A DNA stretch of 64,000 nt from an uncultured Gammaproteobacteria bacterium (GTDB lineage: Bacteria; Patescibacteriota; Microgenomatia; UBA10105; UBA927): assembly GCA_964430295.1 (NCBI GenBank), contig CAYSEV010000001.1, positions 5,699-69,698 on the forward strand, read 5' to 3'. This document shows positions 57,401 through 63,478 of the stretch, in pieces; within the stretch, counting starts at the first letter, position 1, and each line of letters begins with the position of its first letter. Under the pieces are notes generated by a model. That model did not search any database and had not been told where the DNA came from. It worked only from the letters and a program-made list of their open reading frames with translations. The translations under genes and the position numbers were made by a program.

Positions 57401-60400
57401 ACTAGAAAGAATATAAAAAGTATTCAGAATGAGCTATTAAGCACAATGGCATTAGATGTTCCTGTCTCTGCATATGGAGAAAAACTGACAGAAATATTGC
57501 AAAGGGACACAAAGCAAACTCCTTTTGTTATAACGTCACTAACTTGGACTTCGGATAAGACCGAGTATAAAAAAACTGACTCAGATTTCAAGATTAAAAC
57601 AATAGGAAAACCAAATGATGCAAAGAAATCAGACATTGTATTGCCTGAAATCGGTCCTATAGGAGAGGGTCATGCAAGCACTCGATACTCTACATCTATG
57701 CGAACGCTTGAAATAAAACCGGAAGAAAAAGCATTTGCTATATGGATAAAGAAAAAAGGTGAACGGCTAGCTATCAAATATACCGCGCCAAATGCATACA
57801 GATCTTTAGCAACAGGTGATGAAGTGACGTTTTCATACGCATCCGCAGAGAGTGCATCAGAAGGTGTTACCTATGTTGTTGCTAAACTCGCTGACGGCAA
57901 TTTTGCATTTGTTTTGAGCTCTAATCACGAAGTGCTATACGGATTACCATTTATAGCACCGGAAAATGAACCTGTCTTTGTTCAGCAAAAAGCGAATCGT
58001 GTGCAGGGGAATACCGGCTGTGGAACGGCATATGATTCGTTTCTCACAGTCTTTGCCGAGGAACCTGCAGAGCCTGTCGTTTGTTATCCTGTCAGAGCAG
58101 GTTCGCTACTTCAGTTAACTAACGGTAAAAATATCCGCATCCCAAAATGGGGGATATATGTGCAAAATGGCTTGCATATCTTTAGTCCTAAGACAGTCAT
58201 GCAAGTGCCTAAAAACGGTTCGATAACAATTATAGGATTATGGGTATGGAGAACGATACAGGGAACAGAGATAACAAATACAACTCGTTCCATAACCGTA
58301 CTTCCCACATCATCTGGTGACATATCTTTACGTGCTTCTGCTTCACCTGGTGATTTTGTGAATAGTACTGCACATGAAGAACATACACGTCGCTATTACA
58401 AACAGGCAGTTATGGAACATGCTGCCCCTGATATTTCATTGGCTGCAGCGAAATCAATATTTTCAAGACTTTATAGAACGAATGCTCCAAATCGTGATGA
58501 AGCAAACAGATTATATATACAGGCATGGATTATTATGCATACACTTGTTGCAAATGGTCATCTTCGTGCAGAGCAAATTCCTACACTATATGCAGTTCGG
58601 GTAAAGGGAGAACTGCGCTATGTATTTTCCTTCGCGCAAACATTTATTACGCATAACCATACAATAACAAATGCGGATGGATTAACAGTACATACAGGAT
58701 CAGCGCCTGCAGAAACGATTTTGACATATATGCAACAAGCGGATCCGACGCTTTCTCAGTCAGATATATCTGAAGTAGTGTGGAATGCCTCTTCATACCC
58801 ATTTATGCCTATTGGTACTGAAATTGAGTCAGAATTATTAGAAAAAGATATTACTGTTGATACTCATGCTATTGCTCAGCTTGTTACTCCGGAAAAAATT
58901 ACTCTACTGCGGCAATTTCCGAATGGTTCAGGGACCGGTTTTGGTGTCAGTCAGATAGTCGCATCCGATCAGTTTGCTCTTTTAACCGCTGGTGTAAATG
59001 CAGAAGAGGTCGAGAGAATGTCCGGTATGATTCGTCAAATCATTACTGAAACTCTTGATTTGATGAGTGGTGATCCACCAATTGTAAAAATCAGAAATAA
59101 GATAGATGCGATTCGTTCAGAAAATTTTGATGAATTAATAAGAAATAACAGTGCATTACAACAGTCAGTATTGGAAAAGTCCAACTCACTCTTTGGTAAA
59201 GGCGTCCAGTATGTGAAAATTTGGCTTAATGCCTTCGGTCTCTATGTGGATTATGATACTGCCTTCAAGGCAATTCGTGAAAAGGTAAATACAGATGTAG
59301 TAGCCTTTGCAAGCTACATGAGTTTATATGAATCGGACAGATCCACATTCTCAGAACTGGATCAATTTGACGCTACTCGATATTTCCTTGATATGTTACA
59401 GGAAAGATACAACGTACAGCTGGCGCACTACAAAGGGGGGCTGTTTTTCAGACCTCTTGCATCTGGACATAAAAAAGATCCCGGAGGTCCACTAGATTAC
59501 GTTATCGATGCTGCTTTTGCGCAAAGTGCAAACCAGAATATTACATTCCTTAATCCGATTATCAAACAGTGGAAAGAACGCCATGTGTACGTTCTACAGC
59601 CATGGTATCTGAATTACCTACAGCCTGACATGAAGTATACGTCGTATACAGACCTTGGTATCACAGAAGAAGATATTCCGCTGGTAAACCTCTCAAGCCG
59701 CCCACAGGAAGATCAGCATATGTTGGCTAATCTCACAGGATTATTTCAGAAATATCTGAGAGCACCACTGGTAACGGATACGTTTACAGATCATGTCTCA
59801 CAGAGAAGACCATGGCTTTCAGCATTGAGATCAAGGATTACTCAGGAAAGAACCCAAAGTGATGCCACTGATTTTATCCGATGGATATCTACAAATAAGC
59901 TTTCCGGTGGGGAGATATCTCAAATGACAAGTCATGTCCTTACACTTCAGGCATTGGGAATATTTTCATTTTCTTCCGAACTTCTTGAGCAAGCAAACAC
60001 GTTACAATCATATTTCCTTAACAATAGTGAACGGTATGATTCACTTACAAATGAGGAAAAACTTACTGTTGTGCAGGATGCAATTTCATTTGCTAAGAAT
60101 GGTCTTAAAGAATTAGCATCCGCATCAGTTCTTGAATCTACTAATTTACCAAAAGAAGAACCTTCTGAAGTGCACTCAAAAGAATTAAAACAGGAAGAAA
60201 AAAAAGTATCAACCGAGAATTCCGGATGTGATATAACCATTTCCTTATTTCATCAAGTGTTTGCTCAGGAGCCTGCAGTACTTGTTAATTGTTATCCCAT
60301 TGGAGCAGGTTCGCTACTTCAGTTAACTAATGGGGACACCATACGTATACCAACGTGGGGAATATACGTTCAGAACCGCAAATTACATTTTTTTGGTCCT

Positions 60401-63400
60401 GATACGATACTGGAGGTTTCTCAGAATGGCAATATCACAATACTTGGACCGTGGTTGTTTCGCACAATACACGGAGGAGACATTTCACTTGAGGGAAAAC
60501 ACACTCAAACTCAGGATATTCGTGTAGTGGAAGAAGATCCTGTTACTGTTTCGCCAACAGTTGTCAGCGATGCCATGAAGGAGCGCATAAAATTATTGTT
60601 AGGAAATAAAGTATATGAAGCTGTGGCCGGGGTTATTTCTCAAAATAGAGAAGGAGCAAAAAAAGAACAGGATTTGCTTGACGCATTGGCTCAGTATATG
60701 GTTGACGCCAATTACAATTCACAGCTTGAAAAAATATCGCTCGATAAGTTTGTTGCTGATGTTCGAGGAATACTTGGTGAACACGCAGATGAATTTATAC
60801 AACAACTTGAAACTGTACGAGATCCGATTCACGAGGTATTTTCACCATCATCTCTTTTGCCATTTATCCATGAAGGATGGAGTGTTGATGCCAGGTTTGA
60901 TATTTCAAATTCTTCAAATATAAATCAGGCGTATACAAGCAACGTATTGGGTGATTATGCGTTCCGGTTTGGAATACGTGCCGTGTTGGACGTGATTGAT
61001 AGATACCCAGAATTACGGGGAAATGCAGTTATTGTACATTCATCAGGAGATGAACATCTTATTTTAACCAGAAATGGCTATAATTTACCGTTATCATTTA
61101 AGTCTGAAGTCGAACGCATATCAAAAGAGAAAAAAATCATTCGGAAAGGTTTTGATGGTTTACTGCATTATGAAGACTTAGGAGTTCACTTTTCTGATGT
61201 AAAATTTCCTATAGAAAAAACGATACCATCAGATGGAAATGTTGATATAACGCCAAAATATCTCAATGATACAAAAACGTCAAAAAGACTATTTAATTAC
61301 CATCCTGAAATGGCATTTATAGTGGATCGTATAAGCCAAATTCAGGTTAAATCTTCTTCTCAGAAAATAGATATAGCGGCAGGACAACGAGTAATGAGTT
61401 ATCTGCAATGGCTCTTTGAGCGAATTTATGTCGATGACATTATGGAACAGGGGTTTAATCAGTATGAAGCTGATAGAATATCCAAACCACATTATGACAG
61501 AGAACACATCTTTATTTATAAAGATTTTCGTGATTTTGTTGGAGGTATAAAACAGCGTGGTACAAAATTCAAACTCCTAAAGTTGGATTTCATTGGGAAT
61601 GCAAAACGTATAAATGATGAAATCAGTTATGAAGAGGGAAATAGGTTTATTCAGCAACAATTGGCTAAGACACTTGATATGTTGCATGCCCAAGGGATAC
61701 AAAACGTACGTATTTTTAGACGAGCAAGTGAATTTTATATTGCCCTTGAAGATGGTGAATATGCAAAAGAATTTGTAGATATATCGGATGAAAGTGTTCG
61801 AAAAGCATTGAATGGCACATTTACTACACTGGATGGAAGAAGCTTTTACGTACCGGTGTCCTATGCATTTACAGATTTGAAGCTGGTAAAAGATACAATC
61901 GCCGATGAAATATTACCGGACGGAACCCGTATAAATAGAAATATTAAAAATATGGGTGACGCATATGATCGTCTACGTGAACTGAGCAAGGCAAATGCAT
62001 ATAGATATTTGCAGAAAGTACTTCAGACAGAATCGATGACCGAACCAATGTGGGATTTCGTTATGTACTATTTTAACCCGAATGATAAACGGGGAATTAT
62101 GCGAATATCGGATCTGGCTATATCACCTGATGATCTTATACATCTGCAAACTTTTTATGCAGATCAGACGAGATATCAGAAACAGATACGCAGTATACTT
62201 ACCACGGTTATAAGAAACTACATACCAAAACAGACCCGGATAATTTCTGAAAAACACAGTACGATATCGCTTAAAAAATGTCTTGTAGATGCTGGCGTTC
62301 AACATGTCGTATATGCGCAGGATGCAGGTGGGGGAGGTGGTTGGACATGCCCGCCGTTTTTACAGGCACCTTGGAAAACGATTAAGACATATACAGAGCA
62401 ATTTAACATGCCAGATTTTTCTATACAAAAAATACTTGGAGCAGGAATGGGACTGCTAAAGAAAGCAGGCAAATGGACCATTGGACTCTTTCCATTTAGT
62501 TGTAGAACAATTGTATACATGATGCTACATGATATTGATCAGGGAGTCATTCATACTGAATATGCAAAAGACGCGTTCCCGACAATCTTTAAAGGTGAGG
62601 CTGCATGTACAGAATTAATGAAAAATTTAATAAGCGATAGTCAATTAATTATCATAGGAGATACGAGTGTGACAAGGGTTGTCGATGGAGAGGTTATACG
62701 ATTTTATCTCAATAATTCCACTACAGCTAAAAATTTAGGATTAGAACAAGACAGCGAAAAAAAACCCGCTTTTATAATTGAGCCAATAGCAAATGGAATA
62801 ATAGTTCCTTTGACAGATCTAGCGACAGTACAAGCAGCGTATGCAAGTTTAGGAAAGACATTGCAAGATCCGGTATCTGTCGTCTATTTAGGAACAGTCG
62901 GAGATGGTTCAACATATAAATATAACGGTACTTTTGTATTAAAAACCGGATTCGATCAGAACAACATATGGGTAATGTCTAATGGTCAACAAATAACTGC
63001 AGCCACTAGTATAAATCCAAAAGATTTATATCCAACTGCAGTGCAGATTCAAACATTATATGACTATCGGGACATATATGATCTATCTTATGCAACGAGG
63101 AATAATGAACTAAGGTTATTGTCACAACTATCGCAACAATTCAACGATTATATTTATAATAATTCAAATTCTTTTGCATTCCAAGGATACATAAATATGG
63201 TCGGCTTTGATAAAACTGGAAAGCCTGTACATATTTTTGTTGATAGGTCCGTATTTTATAATCTCGAATTACAACAAGAGTTTAGAGAGAATTTAGAAAA
63301 AGAAGGAATTCAACATCAGGTAGCGATTTCAGATGTTGTAGAGAGTACTATGATATCTACAAACACTGGAAACTCGATAGATGAGTCAACACAAAAACCG

Positions 63401-63478
63401 GTGGCAGACCATACGTGGAATGGTATCATTAACAATGAAAAATTAAACGAGGATACACCATTTGTTATTATTCGGTAA
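45494..63478 (+). CDS. Second giant (~5,990 aa) multi-domain protein, paralogous to the C-terminal region of ORF1 (ORF2)
   Basis: 18 kb open frame with an N-terminal TM/signal ending LIPVVHA|AQ, 8 Cys-bracketed linkers and modules shared with ORF1. The true start may be ATG 45542 or 45551 rather than TTG 45494. Confidence 0.95.
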   Translation: MHVFTGFFILKTEAIFMVGMLQYLFAFVSHIFTLFTKRFSHGLQSKKHHSIVFGGMSGMVVGFILSFSIIYGISQDCRSAIHQLVSFKLIPVVHAAQNCPVLPPAEVAAAKANAVKKESQLRGFAKVLNQPYAITFFQYLNQLLGGSSKTANTADKTASTPLENTSSLNNISEDKVLNGQAAKEHILALARKYKGVLSTQLLSHIETAIGVGMLPKEYMSFNDGEKIQFLAGGQSSALFTPAVLQKLADYALVDPRIAIGQFSEMAAATYAEQLPQESDIRLAIVKLKEMGVNQYSLKLQLFSDGQPLWIVNTSGQSFVIRAKKTTIPIEEVRSRIASLGDTIPFTYAEQLAPGKVLLFIRNLSYDNDGEYVKLPEQASFVEKVLERFRDLGFEPDFVHESYMNLQNFMYSKFYGKMFYVDQDVFDELLKSDGIKPNDKVTRAVNSQLEELSKRSSVKTPDTAPSSVTPNPSSALNTAKQQAVVSRLKLALDGANNALVNSQRNFWFAAVGTIVFAIGMIAIMATVPWLIVPAALALLVTVPSSMFLIPNFYMSMDTNRQTLQSAQAQYISAQNDLLILERSQASATPLNISSEQAKARAQETLDAATKANNVAFNNLVFGSAATIAIVFLAVAVMMISPGLFVLPSAIALVGVVLLSSFGLFRLSSNFNTSLSTLRGTQQVVKTGVSQVISKDNPCKPTGFHLFGQVYAEGPCIILSVGGDPVATAKEGEKGEPIPSTPAQILPGSTYVVGTFDELKNVTEGKDSVGTQIKEIPSDQYVKVFPPVGATGPNNQPIQPFVVDVPTIYATQQANQPIQQQNSGAKVNMSDSSPNTTTTIRNTINRILDIRSWFPSPYSIIQNNIVLRMFAPFISPVTTSISPWSIFGRGRSEPIQEIANIVSSEEAQQYVISKYNAMISALESGAKLSSTRTTMMRAEAIAGLIASPAENIDAANRRYAMAFILMNTLVDRELAHPRQVERFFMVRTSKGIRLIYTDGKNFVTNTNPKSSTERVAVKYLTGGIKEALAYMQEYDSTVQLSDFEEVNWDASLFPFMDRTNIAPDSAKIRSKRGVEIAEDIVKKLENPPIPTAIEFAKDKLMELQPEKASSVDRALKDIAVDMNAVDGDQAVKQNAIYRKFFGDPIWQNYGLAKGYFELHVAAPKKYPLELKANSDELTDESLKAIHEWYESQQTPDEAHQERLNRGGALNMVQKIKTLLAKLGIKLPLAETDPIHNSVVVFSDDQFKLLYPDKEDANILAFYDERLGLYVIRSSANLTSNQKTELEEIKFMIAAHEAGHDMVRYIGPFMTHEWNEGMATMFMIALLVKQNGISWTEARAKVVAFVSPEYVKHLEMVEQSQFGSVLIERAFEKGFTSETVADVFLTFYKKLPNKEKMLAGATYADSTNAFTTAVTSTAQQFGIITPDQKVELWPKLYTFFVDNTVAKDLDPDTEVKFDPTTRSIGKKRVTLPILSSIPSSELFGTIAGLDRKGYALPKADFDSLDIEAPGYVLAVQNDSEAKEYLERLYRTYPGAATKPIFILVATSRRTAVSGNVLLTSNGSDLLRALDTIFQSSGPLHELRTQAKKTEVTEIRPGVYQFGSALFFVDKTTGAMAMDYAPDTSLASVQIDGRSLAQTAYVFNNTQIGISGVAYTVTTQGNAVILIKENGESVQLPIAAKSLREFPKNPGQSPLPAPVLPATQKQAAQPVVSVKQPEAVLKNPVSTSDEANVLTMKTKDGVIKVRRAELVDGKLIGHGAIIYDDPAKQIEYGATEMPIRIMFNTTDENLSGLTQETLMRELERRYVYANDVLIAWHGYLETGEQFEPAGNTVLEPWDKNGKRQMMIALSHSGTEGTYVENPDYTAKNLIAQVEAAVELVSEQINYTDEDVHITLMGHSLGGAIAFKLAEKHGLDTTGVWAKVKYIMLTPYVGDPNQLTLLNEYSLIPGVKSLGILRIINSWYLPSALRRGLLAFAHFVGFDEALFSAMMSLDLKKMDDASVRLSKDIALKNLSDAPVAIRMTQSLLNIGMVENNAPLQDLTRKSRMVVFYPGVDDTLDSAITRSFNLSRGFFQVGYDRTHNPSTASYKSHIFEVVQGLFEGFDIQKTRPGVFAQIDRRSHNFYKVVWDGLKMKFSKLSSTDPCTPTISVQIFGRVYAAGENCVIFYSNSEVETRTENGQSTGIKRNIPQSGTFRVVTQEQLTDEVLNPQTTDFKFNGKISFTNSLDGQTQNRYLVVFPSDNTPAFIIRIPDIHTQSGTQSGKVVSIDTHTNVRLDGKTWKLSYSAADTSAKLNGISLGQGDISLEKGSRNTLYVAPNYVLLIDIDPNSNELTYQKLPSDDPRVVFESLEIESLPESISPQVRERRDAAYKGDLARSILNNVDEAQDARMIEFRDGSRAFPKTPPHPAYSGETSSWKYHSEYAQKELWNSYYTSLVAALASGKSKEDIKGEVNKLLAQFRNTANLELFKEKQAFSDGLVRQLEAQPAEEFLPLTLGSAFREILNRYPLLKTIITPDQLAALKRVLIEEVKNAYMLFAASGSNAILEARGYFFPNPVKSVTTNENGSLVIDTLKKDEANTIIEIRNKDGTYKKNPVILAAYIKAIEEGAQYISFTLASKTDEGFNEILPDLAEYVYEHNRNPKYKSSPVVLMVDAVQLFGRAPESEVFQWLLVEGISGVIHTGSKAAAGPAHAGITHISTYGKTVTGTVSTVDQSIANMTTPAIVRAIGNLKAIRGMWDLGPAFQLYSPIAVALQRVYDRFFTRIGLVPIGDEEGFQRKNTFGSIRTYRLMMGWDGKTIVDAKKLLATWSPVWLMGGVLEETPLAGPLLRNGIPIGVMKWLKETVITPEDLKDPHMSAEKAANAVDDALRQVEGRMQDDLIRLAEENGVYLRIADEIAPVDQTEAAAQAALIALVNTAAKRTGVQDEGESCDPTQVGIHILPRVYAAGCKTGMTRKLYNQLITGAKLLGTRMNRIVWGRLFGKKNVFGQFKQNQVQNITSRSRLFVYSNEQMNISKYFSTEQLSDFDSIINKILDNYNKTGSYDIRHSSQQKDVININDDLTAEEKYGRMFDWTKSFFILKALQKYTKLYPFYLIGHSIIVANAALFSGTDFGTFLYQKALPWMYATVSSDIKHTAILMMISYINNLSIAGEIADMSVSELSEFNREVVNTFIKAFDRNFQLAYSNASTGLDSDELRSDAEKKILQAITINSYFPILPLPRFLTGMINQNGFMGHGTGVAFLSKALIVENRKQAISTSVHEMNHMQVDTQINTPELNYYSHLPYGLSMTLDESITRLNQLESIDAYNESYYDIGVIKLLTVLKPFLVEKVGQNTADQVFAQIKLGDFSTIVSIFGGWDAFRAYLQDPTMFGSYYKIDEIQYRDNSSDVWKKVNFENDREIFLSQSAELLLPNGIVVPMQKSIISGVKKKTNKQIVDSKSRILYTYDNADIAEEIELKDDKYILLKEYVSIGINITDFSSRLIVGARKSKEILAMQSEYADLLHSLFVEPDDVVSSIHANVNPIAKTIYMRSAHIDATCILGQRLIPQVFAESIGTVQTSYCEFAGREGLLYSPNAVLRAMIGNANGQVTRLTAIAKSLAVNADNPELSPTERRMWHFLGQIIGGDLFTYMEKLQQTTAKKIRISDAQMEDLYATYIALYPHVREAIARKNEQGTVTATYDPEVVYAVLKNTPVEIRELAVRAVSFMMQTAQHDDAGNIMSMPMDIDSVEGRRHLHDALAYYNDQFFAWLSLASPDGYQQYQERLSGRAPNALRRDVSDVSSLELIFPTIQTSASSAFPFSTQVVGSTPSKETMKSLYTVVNGDTVTASTETMSVILRDPQGRTDQSERMSIMAEEIGKYFQKHELMPEHLMDVWPQDALRFFLREQLQLMGIKKETVELTFVFRIKDVNGQWIGVALTNTDEPLVINKEGSKAVRASDPAELGTVALAQVVDKFKSEWNVYFYPIPKTGNQYVMTRKNIKSIQNELLSTMALDVPVSAYGEKLTEILQRDTKQTPFVITSLTWTSDKTEYKKTDSDFKIKTIGKPNDAKKSDIVLPEIGPIGEGHASTRYSTSMRTLEIKPEEKAFAIWIKKKGERLAIKYTAPNAYRSLATGDEVTFSYASAESASEGVTYVVAKLADGNFAFVLSSNHEVLYGLPFIAPENEPVFVQQKANRVQGNTGCGTAYDSFLTVFAEEPAEPVVCYPVRAGSLLQLTNGKNIRIPKWGIYVQNGLHIFSPKTVMQVPKNGSITIIGLWVWRTIQGTEITNTTRSITVLPTSSGDISLRASASPGDFVNSTAHEEHTRRYYKQAVMEHAAPDISLAAAKSIFSRLYRTNAPNRDEANRLYIQAWIIMHTLVANGHLRAEQIPTLYAVRVKGELRYVFSFAQTFITHNHTITNADGLTVHTGSAPAETILTYMQQADPTLSQSDISEVVWNASSYPFMPIGTEIESELLEKDITVDTHAIAQLVTPEKITLLRQFPNGSGTGFGVSQIVASDQFALLTAGVNAEEVERMSGMIRQIITETLDLMSGDPPIVKIRNKIDAIRSENFDELIRNNSALQQSVLEKSNSLFGKGVQYVKIWLNAFGLYVDYDTAFKAIREKVNTDVVAFASYMSLYESDRSTFSELDQFDATRYFLDMLQERYNVQLAHYKGGLFFRPLASGHKKDPGGPLDYVIDAAFAQSANQNITFLNPIIKQWKERHVYVLQPWYLNYLQPDMKYTSYTDLGITEEDIPLVNLSSRPQEDQHMLANLTGLFQKYLRAPLVTDTFTDHVSQRRPWLSALRSRITQERTQSDATDFIRWISTNKLSGGEISQMTSHVLTLQALGIFSFSSELLEQANTLQSYFLNNSERYDSLTNEEKLTVVQDAISFAKNGLKELASASVLESTNLPKEEPSEVHSKELKQEEKKVSTENSGCDITISLFHQVFAQEPAVLVNCYPIGAGSLLQLTNGDTIRIPTWGIYVQNRKLHFFGPDTILEVSQNGNITILGPWLFRTIHGGDISLEGKHTQTQDIRVVEEDPVTVSPTVVSDAMKERIKLLLGNKVYEAVAGVISQNREGAKKEQDLLDALAQYMVDANYNSQLEKISLDKFVADVRGILGEHADEFIQQLETVRDPIHEVFSPSSLLPFIHEGWSVDARFDISNSSNINQAYTSNVLGDYAFRFGIRAVLDVIDRYPELRGNAVIVHSSGDEHLILTRNGYNLPLSFKSEVERISKEKKIIRKGFDGLLHYEDLGVHFSDVKFPIEKTIPSDGNVDITPKYLNDTKTSKRLFNYHPEMAFIVDRISQIQVKSSSQKIDIAAGQRVMSYLQWLFERIYVDDIMEQGFNQYEADRISKPHYDREHIFIYKDFRDFVGGIKQRGTKFKLLKLDFIGNAKRINDEISYEEGNRFIQQQLAKTLDMLHAQGIQNVRIFRRASEFYIALEDGEYAKEFVDISDESVRKALNGTFTTLDGRSFYVPVSYAFTDLKLVKDTIADEILPDGTRINRNIKNMGDAYDRLRELSKANAYRYLQKVLQTESMTEPMWDFVMYYFNPNDKRGIMRISDLAISPDDLIHLQTFYADQTRYQKQIRSILTTVIRNYIPKQTRIISEKHSTISLKKCLVDAGVQHVVYAQDAGGGGGWTCPPFLQAPWKTIKTYTEQFNMPDFSIQKILGAGMGLLKKAGKWTIGLFPFSCRTIVYMMLHDIDQGVIHTEYAKDAFPTIFKGEAACTELMKNLISDSQLIIIGDTSVTRVVDGEVIRFYLNNSTTAKNLGLEQDSEKKPAFIIEPIANGIIVPLTDLATVQAAYASLGKTLQDPVSVVYLGTVGDGSTYKYNGTFVLKTGFDQNNIWVMSNGQQITAATSINPKDLYPTAVQIQTLYDYRDIYDLSYATRNNELRLLSQLSQQFNDYIYNNSNSFAFQGYINMVGFDKTGKPVHIFVDRSVFYNLELQQEFRENLEKEGIQHQVAISDVVESTMISTNTGNSIDESTQKPVADHTWNGIINNEKLNEDTPFVIIR
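49150..49700 (+). other. HExxH zinc metalloprotease module in ORF2
   Basis: ILAFYD...YVIR, IAAHEAGH (49370) and WNEGMA as third ligand. Confidence 0.75.
50900..51790 (+). other. Alpha/beta hydrolase (lipase/esterase) domain in ORF2
   Basis: Oxyanion IAWHGY, nucleophile elbow LMGHSLGGAIA (51170), acid in PGVDDTL and His in THNP. Confidence 0.85.
52650..54000 (+). other. PLP-dependent class V aminotransferase-like domain in ORF2
   Basis: LFAASGSNAI, VLMVDAVQLFG (PLP-binding Asp, 53438) and HTGSKAAAGPAHAG (Schiff-base Lys, 53531) match the class V pattern. Boundaries are approximate. Confidence 0.72.
54900..55600 (+). other. HExxH metalloprotease module in ORF2, paralog of the ORF1 HELWH module
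   Basis: TSVHEMNH (55256), LDES, IKLGDFSTIVSIFGGWDAF. Confidence 0.7.
58019..60480 (+). repeat. Duplicated linker plus beta-rich module (58019-58265 and 60227-60480)
   Basis: CYP..AGSLLQLTNG..IRIP.WGIYVQN..LH.F.P.T...V..NG.ITI.G.W..RTI.G in both copies. A 28-nt stretch, GAGCAGGTTCGCTACTTCAGTTAACTAA, is identical at 58095 and 60303. Confidence 0.88.
60880..61990 (+). other. Two tandem degenerate GGDEF/nucleotide-cyclase-like domains in ORF2
   Basis: FDISNSSNINQAY..VLGDYAF...HSSGDEHLI and KLDFIGNAKRINDEISYEEGNRFI...FRRASEFYI, cf. DxDxFKxINDxxGHxxGD...RxGGDEF. Confidence 0.7.

Noticed and set aside
2797-62520. The many 60-270 aa ORFs on the minus strand and in alternate frames inside the giant genes
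   Set aside because: They are shadow ORFs of a long coding frame and show no recognisable motifs or independent signals.
1790-63478. tRNA-integrated genomic island or prophage carrying the giant genes
   Set aside because: No integrase, transposase or phage genes, and no duplicated tRNA 3' end seen. The tRNA 3' ends face away from the giant locus.
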